A stretch of DNA of 64,000 bases from Anolis carolinensis (Eukaryota), in NCBI RefSeq assembly GCF_035594765.1, contig NC_085846.1, forward strand, positions 93,297,190 through 93,361,189. Reading direction: 5' to 3'. The position numbers were made by a program, and so were the translations under genes. Every line of letters begins with the position of its first letter. Position 1 is the first letter of the stretch. Of the stretch, positions 12,301 through 37,273 are shown one piece after another. The notes below the pieces were generated by a model, which was not told the DNA's origin, searched no databases, and saw only the letters and a program-made list of their open reading frames with translations.

Positions 12301-15300
12301 TATTGTTCTTGCTATTATTATTATTACTTTTGGCTAGGATTTATCAAGATCTGTTTTTATGTAGTGTGTTTACTGTTCTGCTTCTCCTGGTTCATGTAAA
12401 AATAATTAATATTCCCATGTGCTAAGGACATAATTCTCGGCTTCTGGAAGCTAGGCCTGCTTAGAAATGTAAATAATCTAGAAATGCATTCAGTCAAATA
12501 ATGTAACAGCTAATAATTATGGTCTTAGAAGCTTAGAAATGTTACTCAATGTGTATAGAAAGTATTATTGATCAAAACTTTCACATTATGTTTGAAAAGG
12601 GTATGCAAGTGAACTGTTTATTCTCTAGGTGAAAATGAGTAGGACACAGGTTCCTTCTATGGAATCTACTTTTTGAAATCTTTTTAGCTATTATTCCTCT
12701 CTTGTTCTGAGTTATGGATGAGATTTGCTATTCTGGGATATGTGTTGGACATTTTCTACCTTGTGCCCTGTCAGAATAGACGAGCTTTGTATTTTGTGAG
12801 CTGTGACAGAAATATTAAGTGGCTTTTGCTTTTCCGTTTTACTGCAGACATAATTTTTGATGCAGAATACAAGGATTATAACATAAATGTAATACATAAG
12901 GGTTACAAATATAAACAATTGAAGCCCAGAGCTTCCAAAGTCAGTGCACATCCTCCAGAGATGTTCTAATAAAGTACTACTGAAATTAGTCAATTTTTAA
13001 GCAAAATATTGCTTCAGTGCAGGCCTTGTGACCATCCCAGACCTCCTTTGCTCCCAACCCAACCGACTGGGGTTCCTCAGGTTTTGCTAACATTTATATA
13101 GCAACCCCCCCCCCCCCAACTCTAAAATGTTGAAAGGTCTACTCTAAGGCTTAGTTACTAGCAATAACAGCTTCAAGCTAAAATATCCCACTGGTTTCTG
13201 CTCTCACCCCTTTTTTGCTTTGCTCCTGCCTCTCACGCCCCTTCCATTTTAGTTTGTCTTCCTCAGAAGATGAAGAAGACTTACGGCAACTGAGTTTAGC
13301 ATAATGAACAGCCAAAATCTTCCTCCAGTTCATCAAGATGGAAACTGAAGGAATGAATATGAATTAAGCTTTTGAAACAGATCCTAAAGCTATGTGAAAA
13401 GCTATGCGCTCTCCTTATACTGTCGGAAATGTGAGCTCTCAAGAAGCAGAGTAGCTGGTACTGAAAGCAACTTCAGCCCACCTCAGTTGAATACCTTGGA
13501 TTTCCAACTCTTAGGCCCCTTCTTGGGTTACCTTCTTGGACTTTGTTTTGAGTTATAGCTTCTTGACTTCAAACTGTTTATCATTTCTGTTTTGGCTTCT
13601 GAACTCTGGTAAGAGCGGGGTGCTACCCACCACTGGAACCCTCACCCCTTGTACTTATTGAAAATTGGATTCATGCCTCAGACTCAAAGAGGTGCCTTAC
13701 CCTTTTGTGAAAGCACTCACCTGATAGCCATCACCATTCCCTGAGGTCTAGAGCAGAAACCAGCCATGTTACTATAGAAGGCTATGCAGTGGGCTATGCT
13801 GGAAAACAGCTGAAGCTCTTCCCCTTCCAACAGGTTAATACAGTTGCTTTCAGACTATTTTCTATGGATGTATTTATAAGGCTGAATTAGCACAAAAACT
13901 GTATGGACACATCTCATCATTTCTTCTCCAGTGTACCAAGCATATCCAGTTTCTTAATGTTATGTAATATATCCCCCCAACACCCAATTACTGTATTATA
14001 GGAAACCAACTGTGTGTAGTAGTGAGTAGTGAGGCTCTTTAGCAGCTATTTAAAGTTTTCATTACTCATACCAGTGAATTATTTTTGTTCCTTATTTACC
14101 GGCCTCTTTTTTCTTTTAAAAATCAAGTGGGAGGGGACCGTTTTAGGTTCCTGTTGACTTCAGGTTCAGAGTAGTGCATGTATACTAAAGTTATACATTC
14201 CAAGCAGCTATTGCTGTTTGCCTGCATTTAGATTAATTTGCTCTGAATGAAGTAGCTTTGGGAAATGTTTGCTGGGGACATTGCTAGGATACAAATAGTT
14301 GAAAATGTATACCTTTGTAATGTCTTAGAAACATATATTTGAAGTTTTGTGCAGACCAGTTCATTGGTTGTTTCTGCTGCTACATCGAGAAAGTAATTAC
14401 AGTCCTAAACATACCTAAAGAATGCACAACCTATTAATACCAATGGCCCCTCCAAGTACTGTATTTAGGATCTGGATGTTCTAGAAACATGATACCCTCC
14501 AACAATTCACAGAGAAAAATCGGGATTCAAATGGCCAAACAATATCAGAGTGTGATGAAGATAGTAAAAGTTATTAATGAGGCAGCAACAGTTTTCTTTT
14601 GCTTAGCTGACAAGAAGAGCAAGATTATGCCCACTCCTCTCCCCGTGTTGAGTCGATTAAATGCACCCTACTTTTGGATTTTAAATTCAATTTGCAGCAA
14701 TTGAAGTAAGCTGAGGAAGTAGGAAGAGGAGAGAGAAACTAAGACATTTTAAAAGCAGCTGAGAAAGTGGGACTAATTTGGGGATCATGAAGCATTTCTC
14801 ACATTAGCCACAAGATACCTCTGTACATTGTGGGTAGAGTATCACAAACCAGGGGTAGCACACTCTCTTTTTCATTGAGAGCCACATCAACCTTATGGTT
14901 GCCTGCTTTCAAAGGGCCATTTAATCCATGGATGGAGAATCTGTGGATACAGAAGGCCAAGTATAATTTTTTACATAGTGTTTGGTTCACTTTTGTTTTC
15001 ACCCAATTTGGATTCCTAGATATTATGGAATGACAACTCCCATCACTTTTGATTATTTATCATACAGGCTGGGGAGAATGGGAATTGTGATCCAACCGCC
15101 GTTGTGGCTCTGAGGCTGGGGAAAGGTTAAAGGACCTTTCAAAGTAATTTTATCTAAATTAAATCCCCACTATCCTGACTGAACAACTGCAGCTTCCCAT
15201 ATGTTCCTGTATCTCAACTCCCATCAGCTCTAGTCATGAGGAACACAGGGGTTGTCGTCCAGCATCTGGAGGGCCATATAAAATTATATAACAGGCCGCG

Positions 15301-18300
15301 GGCCTTGAATTGGACACATGTCATAAAAGGAATGTTTATCAGAAAATTATGTAGCCTTTTTATACAACGGACATTACAAATATCTGTCTTCACTAAGTAA
15401 CAGACAGATGAGAACTTACAAGTGTTACCATGTTTGGGGCTAGAGTTGTGATGGAGAATTAGAGAAGATCCTACAGCCAAGCTGGAAACGGGATGTAGAA
15501 AGCACAGCCATAGTTACGTAGCACAGAGAAGGCATACGCCAGGACCCAAGTTCTGAATAAGGTTAGGATGTAGGGAAGCTACAAGCGAAAGAAAGGTAAA
15601 TAGGTAGGGCAGATGAGGAAACTGAAAAACTACCAGAGAGGGAGACCCAGGGGTAGGAGAGTTGATTAATAAGATATAGACCCAAACTCTGAAAGCATTT
15701 CAAATGGGTAGAGCTTGAAATATAAGGTTTGCCTCTTCCTCTTTCCTCCCACTTTAACTTACAATAGATGAAACAAGGTGGGGCCAGGAATGGCAAATAT
15801 ACAGGATGACAGCACAACAGATCACAATTATTGAGTCAATGACATATTTCAGCTGTCTTCCTCCATGAAAATTATTCAGCCAAGCAGATGGAAGTTGCAC
15901 CTCCTTATACCAATAATAAAGCACGCAATCACTGTGATTCAGTCATAATTACAGCACCTTACTGTTCTTGCCTGTGCAATTTATTTTTACAAAGTTCATC
16001 ATTACACAGTTTTGGAGGTTCACAGTTTGGATAACTGACAAATACCAGAAAATAGAAATAGAAAAGACTTTTACATGCATACATACAAAAACTCTTGGAT
16101 AATGGCCATTGACTAGAACATAGGTATAAATGTTTCCAAAACAAAAAGACAAATAAGCAAAATATTAAAGCAAATATTAAAAACCTTTTAATAAGGGTTG
16201 AGGAAGATTTTATTAAGCACTATAGTTGATTTTAACTGAAATGTAACATGGATAGTACAGCTATGGAAAATTATGAGGCTTTGGAGTAAAGATAATATTT
16301 TTGAGGCAAAAACTCTACCTGAAAATAAAACGTGATTACAGTGTATGCAAGGGAGACTGAATTTGGAAACACAGCTTGTTCAAACTGACTGCTATAGAAA
16401 CTCTGATTTGATTATTTCAAAATAGCTCACAAAAAGAGAACCAAAATCAAGGAAGTTTTTTCATCTACATTTATAATGTACAATAGAGAGCCTTATTTTC
16501 CTGAATGGCAGCTGTAAACCCTTAAGCGCATCATAAATTAAGCTTTGTGTGTTTTGTGTAAAGCTACTGTAAGATAAATAGATATAAATATATAGCCTAT
16601 TGTATTAACAAATGGAAGCTCGTGATGAATAGTTTAATTAGTGCTGTTGTGCATCGAAAGGTTGGTTTTATAAAGCACTTTAGAACAAGCAAGTTCAAAA
16701 AAATTCAGGTCCAATCTGAAATACATATTGTGCCCATTTCTCATCAGCATGGTTTCTGAATTTGTATGGAAGGAAATCCTATGCCATTTTGGAGCCTGGA
16801 AACTCATCCAACATGTCATTGTTAGATTTTTAGAAGAGCAGTATTTGTACTGGGAACTCTCTAATCTTCATAACCTAGTCCCTAAATGCAAGTCAGCAAT
16901 GTCTTTTGGTAGGAGGTTCTCTAACTGGGTTGGTCCACATGAAACTATGGAAAGCCTTTTACAAAATCAGAGCTTGGAACATATATTTTGAGGGATTGCC
17001 ATTCCCAGAATACTTAAGTTATCAAGCTTAGAAGCCATGCTTGCTAGAAAACACTGGGAATTGTAGTCCAAAGCAGAAACCTTCCCGAGCTCTTAAAAAA
17101 TAGTCCAAGACTCGATGAATTGTACAGGACTGACAGTTTTGTATGTTTCTTCCATTCCTGCCTCATCGCTCTGAACGAAAGTGCTTAACATCCTAATTAG
17201 CAACCAGTTTCTGGAGGATGTCTTTGAAAATAACCCCTGCCCCAAGGCATGATAATAAATCATACTACTGCGGATGCTATGCACTCTCATCCTTCTTTAA
17301 ATCCTGATGAGCAATTTAGCACACCTGTGGACCCTGGATTTGCCTGGCAGCATCCAGTTGCTGATCTTTTTTTTATTTATTTTTTATTTTTTGAGTTTAT
17401 GGTTTCATCATCTCACTTTTGTTCCACTTAGATCTTTTGATTCCATTGTTTCACTGCTGATGTTTCGGGGATTATACTATCTACATAGTACTCTGCATCG
17501 TCATTGGTGCAAGTCTCTTCGCTTTTCCAGTGGTTTGTGTGCTGTGCTCATAAAAGTGAGCAATCTAAAATAGATAGCTATTGCACCATTACTTTTGGAC
17601 AGATTCCTATTCCTGGATAAACCTTTAATATTTGGGCACACACACTCTGTAAAATACTTTCAACTTACCGTAGTTACCTGCTGTTTAGGGGCTTTTACAG
17701 CATTTCTCATTGCTGCTAAAGGGGTTGTGGTTGCACACAAAGTTATGTGCATTTGGTGTCTCTGTGGGCACACTGCAGAGCCTGGGAAAGAGATTTTCCA
17801 AGTTTTGGTTCACTGTCTAAGCAGAGAGGTTGGTGACAGGGGCAGGGATTTGCCCGCCGGGAATCTGAGCTTCCAAGAAAGAAAGATAAAGAAAGAAGGA
17901 AGGAAAGATTCTGTAGTTTTGTAGAGCTGTTGTATAACTTGAAATGCATACTGTTGGGACTATTGTGTATTCTGTCATATTACGATACTTGTAATTTGTG
18001 CATGGGCCATTTAACTGTGTTTGTTTGTTATATATTGGCATGTATTTCTTATTTCCTCATGAGTTAATATTCTGTCAGTCCTAGGGCCTGAAAAATGGAA
18101 ATACACATACTTTGGGGAGGGTTGACTTTGTTGTACTCTGCGGTTAAACATTATTACAGTAATTTAGGAACATAGCTCTAAATATACAGAGGTCAGTGTA
18201 ATCAATGGGATTTATTTTGGCAACAACAGTAAGCTAACTGTGCCACTATGTATTGGTGAATTGCAACTTCCACCAGCCCTGGCTGTTGTGACCGATTGTG

Positions 18301-20945
18301 AAGGATAAATAGTACTATGCATCAGCAACATCTGGATGGCCATACCTTCTCTGTCCTACTTCTGCAGTCTAGCTTTAATTTCCTGGTCTCTGAAACCTTG
18401 TGAGCTCCACGTTCCCTGAATTTCTACATTTTCTGCTCCAAGCAAAAGTACACTGCGTACATTCAGTAAGGGCGCATTGGAGCCCTTGGAGAACATTATG
18501 GCTTGGATTTCTGGGTTGTGCTCCCAAGTCTAAGCTCCATGTTGCAATACTCAAACAAAACTCCCATGTGAAGTGGTTTCTCCTTTCGTCTTAATGGATG
18601 GGCAACAGTATTTCTCAAGTCCTTATGCATAAAGAAGCTCTTGCTGATAAAGAGCCTCTGCAGAACTTCTAGCATTTCACAAATGAAAACCAGGACACCT
18701 GCGGCCAAGCAGCACCACAACGTGATCAGGATGACAAGAATCTTCTTGCTTTAGCAAGAATCTTCAGGGAAAGACAAGATTCTGCCTTCCTGTCCTCTCC
18801 CCACCACTAAGTTAATTAACTCACTGAGTGCAAACTACTTTTGTGCTTTTAAGTCAGTTTGCACCAAATGGAGGAAGCTGAGGAGGAAGGGTGGAAATGG
18901 GTGGAAGAGGGAGAAACTGGGAATTTGAAAAAAGTAAGGCAACAAGATTAATTGGAACTCAAGGGTATGGCTCTGTATACACTCTACAGCAATGGTTCTC
19001 AACCTGGGGTCCCCAGATGTTTTTGGTCTACAACTCCCAGAAATCCCAGCCAGTTTACCAGCTATTAGGATTTCTGGGAGTTGAAGGCCAAAAACATCTG
19101 GGGACCCCAGGTTGAGAACCAGTTCTCAAAATCAATGGTTCCCAACCTATGAGCCTCCAGGTGTTTTGGACTTCAACTCCCAGAAATTTCAGCCAGCTTA
19201 CACGCTGTTAGGAACTGTGGGAGCTGAAGTCCAAAACACCTGGAGGCCCAAAGGTTGGGGACCACTGCTCTAGAGTTTAGGCACTTCAGTTTAGGCAAAT
19301 GGAATAATTTTAAAGGGTTGTCATTGTTCTCTTTTTTTGTGAAGCATCCCAACTACCATACAATTGGCCCTCCATATACATAAATCCTGTTTCAGTGGTT
19401 CATCCGCAACATGAAAATACCCCTCCCCACAAAAAAATCCCAAAACAAACCATTTTATATAAGAGATACTATTTTACTATGTCATTGTATAATAATGGGA
19501 CTTAGGCATCCATAGATGTTGGTATCCTTGCGCTGTCTTGGTACCAAACCTCAATGAATACGAAAGATCTGCTGTAACTATTATGATGAATTGCAACAGA
19601 TATGAAATATTTGCAAATGATTAACTATTCTGATGACCTGAATCTGAATTATTCTTGTAGTTGCTTTGCATATCTTCAAGTTATTCAGACCTACGCTGGC
19701 CCCAAGGAGAACCTATTGTGGTTTTCTTGCTAAGATCTGTTCAGAGAACATTTGCTTTCCTCTGATGCTGAGAGAACATGATGCATCGAAGGTCATTGAA
19801 TGGGTTTCCATGGTTGAGTGAAAATTCAGACCCTGGTTTACCAGTGTCTTAGCCCAAAGCTCAAATGACTACACCACATGGCTCTCTTGAATTATCCTAC
19901 CAAATGCAATTCCTCTGGCTCAACTGGTTTGGGTTGTGAAGGGGACAAAATTAGATCTTAGTCTATTTATTTCCCTCTGTGTTTTTGGAACCAACTAGGT
20001 TTTATACAGGACAATTTCAACACAAGTAATTTCTGGACTCTAGAAGGAGAATCTTGGCACTAAACAATCTGTTTTTGATCATCTTCCATTGAAACCAATG
20101 AGATTTGTTGGGAACAAGTGTGTTTACAATTACAAAGGTGATTTTAATTTTCCAGTCTCAGGTTCCTGGTTAGCAGCTGACTGATCCAATGAGGACACAT
20201 GGTTAGTAACAGCACTCAGACCCAATTAATGGGGTCGGCATTTATTGAAAAGATGGACTTTTATATCCAAGTTGTGTATATGCAATGCAAATGTTTGGGT
20301 TTTTTATTAATATGTGGATTCTTAACTAAAATAGATATCTCCCTCGGACTTAAGGTCAAGAGTGGAGTATTAACCTTACAAAAACATCACTAGCTGCCAA
20401 CTTTAGAAGATCTGTGCTTTTCCTATATAGTTTGCATTTTAAATGTTCATTTTAGATATGTGAGCTGCTAATATGATTAGTGGGGCTAAAAAGACGTCAG
20501 GATATAAAATAAAGGATCTGAATGAGCTGCGTAGTATAATATTTGCATTTTGCAACTAAAGAGACAAAGCTTATTGGATGTAGTATCTGTTAGGTCTCAT
20601 TCATGTATGTATGCGTGTGTGTTTTATTTTTAACATGTAAACTTGAATAATGTTTTGGTAGAATGAGATTTACCCAGTAGAGTGGGAAAAGATTTGCAGG
20701 AAATTAAAAACGGATAAAGTAGCTTGGATTATTTTCTTTCTTTGTTTCCTTTTTTATGTAATTGTCACTAGAAAGTAATCAGTGATGGATATATAAGACA
20801 CTGTCCCTGATTTCTGTAATTAGATTTAGCTTTGATAACATTGTATGGAATAAAGCTGTGTGTGTGATCCTGACTACCAATCATTTTTCTACATTTGCTG
20901 AACAGGACTGTGTGCCTAATAAACTTTGTTGAGACAATTGCTCTT
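9347..20945 (+). other. CDK6: Probable long CDK6 3'UTR ending at distal AATAAA signals (20849-20854, 20918-20923)
   Basis: Repeat-poor, AU-rich, non-coding stretch after the stop codon, carrying miRNA seed matches and two AATAAA followed by GT/T-rich sequence. Mammalian CDK6 has a ~10 kb 3'UTR. The true end is inferred. Confidence 0.6.
18990..19267. mobile_element. Two tandem palindromic hAT MITEs (18990-19124, 19133-19267)
   Basis: CA(A/G)TGGTT TIRs; three 8-bp spacers ctctacag / ctcaaaat / ctctagag. Confidence 0.8.
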
Positions 20946-21276
20946 CTATGACTGTTGAATAGGGTTACCAGGTAGCCATAAAAAATAGTATCAAGCCTAT
21001 TGCTGGGCTTGACTGCAATCCGCAGTCACTGTCTTTTACTACGTTAGGACAAGATCAGAACTTGGAAAAGTTACAATTTTGGACTACATTTTCCAGGACC
21101 TCCCAAAAGCAGCACAGTCCCAAAAAGTAGGCTTCAATATTGTGTATGAACATTAATATCAACTAATGTCTCCAGATCAAGCTGCTATTATGGACTTGTA
21201 AACAGCAGTTGCTGAACTCTTAGCAACCTACTTTTAATATTATAAATTAAGGAGAACCCTTAAAAATGTATATAGG

Positions 21277-21725
21277 ACCGGGCTAACACAGTGATTTAAA
21301 CCGCCTGCTTTAGAAGATCCCATCGACCAGAAGGTTGGCAGTTCAAGCCTGGGTTGGGGTGAGTTCCTGCAGTCAGCCCAGTTTCTGCTCACCTAGCTGT
21401 TCAAAAACAATGTAAGAAGATAAATAGGTACCACTTTGGCGGGGAGGTAAAAGGCGCCCTGAAAAACATGCCGGCAAAAATCCGACCAGGAAAGGAGTCC
21501 ATGGACGACAGGCTCCTCAGCGTGGAAAATGAAACAACAGCACCTCCTCATGGCTGAGTCAGGCACAGCTGGATGCTGGAGATGAAAAGAGGGAAGCCTT
21601 GCCTCTGTTTATGTAATGTCTGCCTTTGTCAATTGTATAACGGCATTGAATGTTTGCCATATATGTACCTGTAATCCACTCCTAGTCCCCTCAGGAAGAC
21701 AGAGCGGATTATAAATAAAGCATAT
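21277..21725 (+). mobile_element. Degraded tRNA-derived SINE with L2-type tail
   Basis: Head gaccagaaggttggcagttcaag; tail cggcattgaatgtttgcc...agtcccctcagg...aaataaag, as in the 4521 copy. Confidence 0.6.
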
Positions 21726-22450
21726 TATATAAAGGTTAGACTTTTTTTTTAAAAAAAGCTACTCTATGGATGATTTCTGTTTTAAGACTATTACAATGAT
21801 TGTGTAGTTGTAAAATTGTTTCCAACTTATCGCAACCCTAAGAAATAACTGAATTTTCTCAACCAGCTTTGTTCATAAGGGGTTTGCCCTTGCCTTCCTT
21901 TAAAATAAAGGTGCTACTGCTTAATGTCTTCTAAAATAAATGTTTAAGCGCAGCGCTAAATGTTTGGGGAGCAGTGGAAAATGTCATTGGGGAGGCAAGG
22001 CTCTTATTTGGGGCAGGGTTCTGGGTTGTCATTCCTGTCGCTATACCCCTGGCAACTCATTTCCTATCCCTGAACTGGACTCTATCTTACTGATGTTATT
22101 GTTTATGAAAATGCATTTATGATTTCAGCTGAAATAGTTCAATGTTCACCTAAGCCACAAACTGCTCCACCTACAGATTCTTTCTGTCATGCTGGACACT
22201 ATAATGTGAGCATGCAGTTCATCTTTACTAATTCAACCTGCGTCCTGTTGTTTCCATATCTGCATTCCTCAAAGTCTACCTGAAATGCTGTTTCCTTTTA
22301 CAGGTGCATGAATAAAATTGATGCAACATGTTTCCTTGTTACTGTTTTAATGTTCTGTATCAGGCATGGGCATAACTACCAAAATCACCTCATTCTGAAG
22401 TGAGCTTCCTGAGTCACCTGCACAAACGCTGAAAATATGCCGATGATATA

Positions 22451-22787
22451 CAGTGTTCCCTCACTTATCGCTGGGGTTAGGTTCCAGGACCACCCGCAAT
22501 AAGTGAAGATCCGCAAAGTAGGGACGCTACATTTATTTTAATATTTATACATTATTTTAGTAGTTATACACTATTTTAAGTCTTTATCAACCAATCATGT
22601 GTTGATGAATCACCTCCTCCTCCCGTTGCTGCTTGGGCTCCTTTTCTCTCCCTTTGGCTTCTTCCTCCCTTCCTTAGGCTGTAAATTGCAATTATTTATG
22701 ATTTATAATAGTCTTTTAGAGTTTATTGAAAAACCGCAAAACAGCAAATCTGCGAAATGTGAACCGCGAAGTAGTGAGGGAACACTG
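22451..22787. mobile_element. Tc1/mariner-pogo MITE
   Basis: TIRs CAGTGTTCCCTCACT...AGTGAGGGAACACTG with TA duplication. Confidence 0.85.
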
Positions 22788-23724
22788 TATATTGCATTTC
22801 TTTCATTCATCTTGGTTTGTCCAAATAAATTATCTTACATCCGTGGATTCCAGAAAATATGAATGGATCACTGGCCAACACACGTTTGTGCCTCAATTGA
22901 TTCCAAAAATGGCACTACTTCCCCCTATCAGCGCTAGTTTTTGAAATACAGAACATATGCTATATAGGAGTCTTCATCTGCTTTCCCATAGAAAATCATG
23001 ATAACCATATCTAAGAAACTAAAGCTGTGGTCTATTCAATGCAGTTTTCTGAATCAGTGCCTCAAAGAACCCCAGGAACAAACCAAAAAACAGAAACACC
23101 AAGAATTATTTTGTTGAGCTGTATAATTCATATGTAATACTCTATACCAGACCTGCACAGCGCATAGTTTGGAAATTCGATGTCATCTGTACGCAAACAA
23201 TGTCCAGCTCTATTGCGCCTTTCCACCTGCTGCTAAGGAGTCTGTCCAGGACCTGAACTGGTGCTTGGTAGCTGTGACAATATGGATGAGGGTGAACTAA
23301 TTGAAACTGAATCCAGATAAGATAGAGGTACTCCTGGTCAGTTAAACGGCCGAACAGGATTACAGTCTGTGCTGGATGGGGTTACACTCCCCTGAAGACA
23401 CAGGTTCACAGTTTGGGACTTCTCCTGGATTTCCTGGAACCCTTGGCAGTGGCCAGGGGAGCTTTTGCATAATTAAAACTTGTGTGCCAATAGCATCCAT
23501 ACCTTGAGAAGCCAGACTTGGCCACTGTGGTCCATGCTCTTATTACATCCCAAATAGACTACGCGCTCTACGTGGGGTTGCCTTTGGAGACTGTTCGGAA
23601 GCTTCAAGTGGTCCAAGGGGTGGCAGCCAGGTTCCTTACTGGAGTAGCATACAGGGAGCATATGACTCCCCTGTTGCATTGGCTCCACTGGCTGCCAGTC
23701 TGCTACTGAGCACAATTCAAAGTA

Positions 23725-24065
23725 CAGTAGAGTCTCGCTTATCCAACATAAACAGGCCGGCAGAACATTGGATAAGCGAAAATGTTGGATAATAGGAAGG
23801 GATTAAGGAAAAGCCTATTAAACATCAAATTATATTATGATTTTACAAATTAAGCACCAAAACATTCGTGCTTTACAACAAATGACAGAAAAAGCAGTTC
23901 AATACAAGGTAACATTATGTAGTAATTACTGTATTTACCAATTTAGCACCAAAACATTGCAATGTATTGAAAGCATTGACTACAAAAACATGACTACTAA
24001 AAGGCAGACTGCACTGGATAATACAGAACATTGGATAAGCAAAGGTTGGATAAGCAAGACTACTA
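23725..24065. mobile_element. Tc1/mariner MITE inserted in L2
   Basis: TIR CAGTAGAGTCTCGCTTATCCAAC...GTTGGATAAGCAAGACTACT, TA flanks; the L2 sequence resumes afterwards. Confidence 0.8.
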
Positions 24066-24465
24066 TACTGACTTTAGCTGATAAAGCCTTATACAGTTCT
24101 GGCCCAGCTTACCTGTCCAGATGTATCTCCCTCTATGAACCACCTTGGAGGTTAAGATCTTATGGGGAGGCCCTGCTCTCAGTCCCACCTCCTTTGCAGA
24201 AGTGGTTGATGGGGACGAGAGACAGGGCCTTCTCAGTGGTGGCCCCTGGCCTGTGGAACTCTCTCCCCAGCTAAATCAGATCCGTTCCCTCCCTCCTGAC
24301 CTTCAGAAAGAAATTAAAAATGTGGCTGTGGGACCAAGCCTTTGGACAGTAAATTTAGTGCAATAAGTGAAGACGGAGTAAGTGCAATTATGACCAAAAT
24401 GGCTCCTGGATTATGATTTTGGATTGTGTGGTTTTTAACAATGGGTTTTATTGCTAGATGTTTTT

Positions 24466-24755
24466 AAGGTAAAGGTAAAAGTTTTTCCCTGACATTAAGT
24501 CTAGTCGTGTCCAACTCTGGGGGTTGGTGCTCATCTCCATTTCTAAGCCGAAGAGCCAGCTTTTTCCATAGACGCCTCCAAGGTCATGTGGCCGGCATGA
24601 CTGCATTGGAGCACTGTTACCTTCCCGCCAGAGCAATACCTATTGATCTACTCACATTTGCATGTTTTCGAACTGCTAGGTTGGCAGAAGCTAGGGCTAA
24701 CAGCTGGAGCTCACTCCACTCCCCAGATTCAAACCGCCGACCTTTTGGTCAGCAT
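24466..24755 (-). mobile_element. Sauria SINE, 5'-truncated
   Basis: Reverse complement of the 7549 copy including the (AAAGGT)n tail. Confidence 0.85.
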
Positions 24756-25412
24756 GTTACTTTTTGGTTTTAATGTACTGGTATCTGTTTATTTTATGTC
24801 TGTTTATGTGGCATTGAATTGTTGCCTACTTGTAAGTCGCTCTGAATCCCCTTCAGGGTGAGAGGGTATAAATATCATCAATTAATTAATTAATCAATTC
24901 TATAGGATTCTGCCAAGGAAGTTAAAGTGGTGGAAGAGGAACCTTAGAGTAGAGTGGAGAGGATGAGACAATAATCAGCGTACAAACAGAAGAATTCCTG
25001 TTCAAAATTAAGTTCTTTTAATCCAACTGGTCAGATAGGAGCATATAGGATTGTGGTGGCAAAGTGTTTTTGTTTTTTTTAATCGCTGATGAAACAACTT
25101 TAAATCCAAGTCCTCCAGTTTAAGAGGATTAGTCAACAAAAGACTAAATCCTCAGACTTACGTTATTTATATAAGTCACTGGGAACTGGTCGTTTTTTAA
25201 TGTTTGCAGAGCTCAGTAGGTAACAAATTTATTCTTCAAAATCGAGCCATTTCCAAAATACAACTTTGCAAGAGGATGTCTCACAATAATATATTGTTGC
25301 AGGGGGAAATTATCTGCCCAAGACACTACTGCTTTACATTGGGAATCAATCACAACTCAGTCAAGCTGACATCAGCATCAGGAAAAATTCTAGAGCAGAC
25401 CAGAGTCTATAC

Positions 25413-25606
25413 CAGGTATGGGCAAACTTAGGCCCTCCAGGTGTTTTGGACTCCAACTCCCACAATTCCTAACAGCCTCAGGCACCTTCCTTTTCCCCCT
25501 CAGCCGCTTAAGCGGCTGAGGGGGAAAAGGCAAGGGCCTGAGGCTGTTGGGAATTGTGGGAGTTGGAGTCCAAAACACCTGGAAGGCCTAAGTTTGCCCC
25601 TTCCTG
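25413..25606. mobile_element. Palindromic hAT (Charlie-type) MITE
   Basis: Loopless palindrome centred on cagccgctt/aagcggctg; perfect 8-bp TSD gtctatac (25405-25412, 25607-25614). Confidence 0.9.
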
Positions 25607-25826
25607 GTCTATACAAAATGTACAGGTGCTCATGGGCGGGGCTTCTATTTGCCCCGCCCCTCGCCTACGGATTCTGAGAAAGGGGGCGGGGCAACTGGGG
25701 ACAAGGCTACTGCGCACGCTCGTCTCCGTTCCGCGCATGCTCGGTGGCATTCGCGATGAGAAACTTGCCGGAGAGTCCCGCGCGGGGTTGGAGCTAGGCC
25801 CGGCTCGGCGTCTAAGCGGGCGCGCC

Positions 25827-37273
<11,447 letters not shown>

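Larger units (their letters stand above)
23195..24875 (+). mobile_element. Degraded L2 LINE 3' portion interrupted by a mariner MITE and a Sauria SINE
   Basis: Broken RT-tail peptides ([44 protein letters not shown]) homologous to the 45592 copy. Confidence 0.85.

Noticed and set aside
9347-21000. Numerous 60-143 aa ORFs after the CDK6 stop
   Set aside because: No recognisable domains, many have non-ATG starts, and there is no splice framework. Consistent with chance ORFs.
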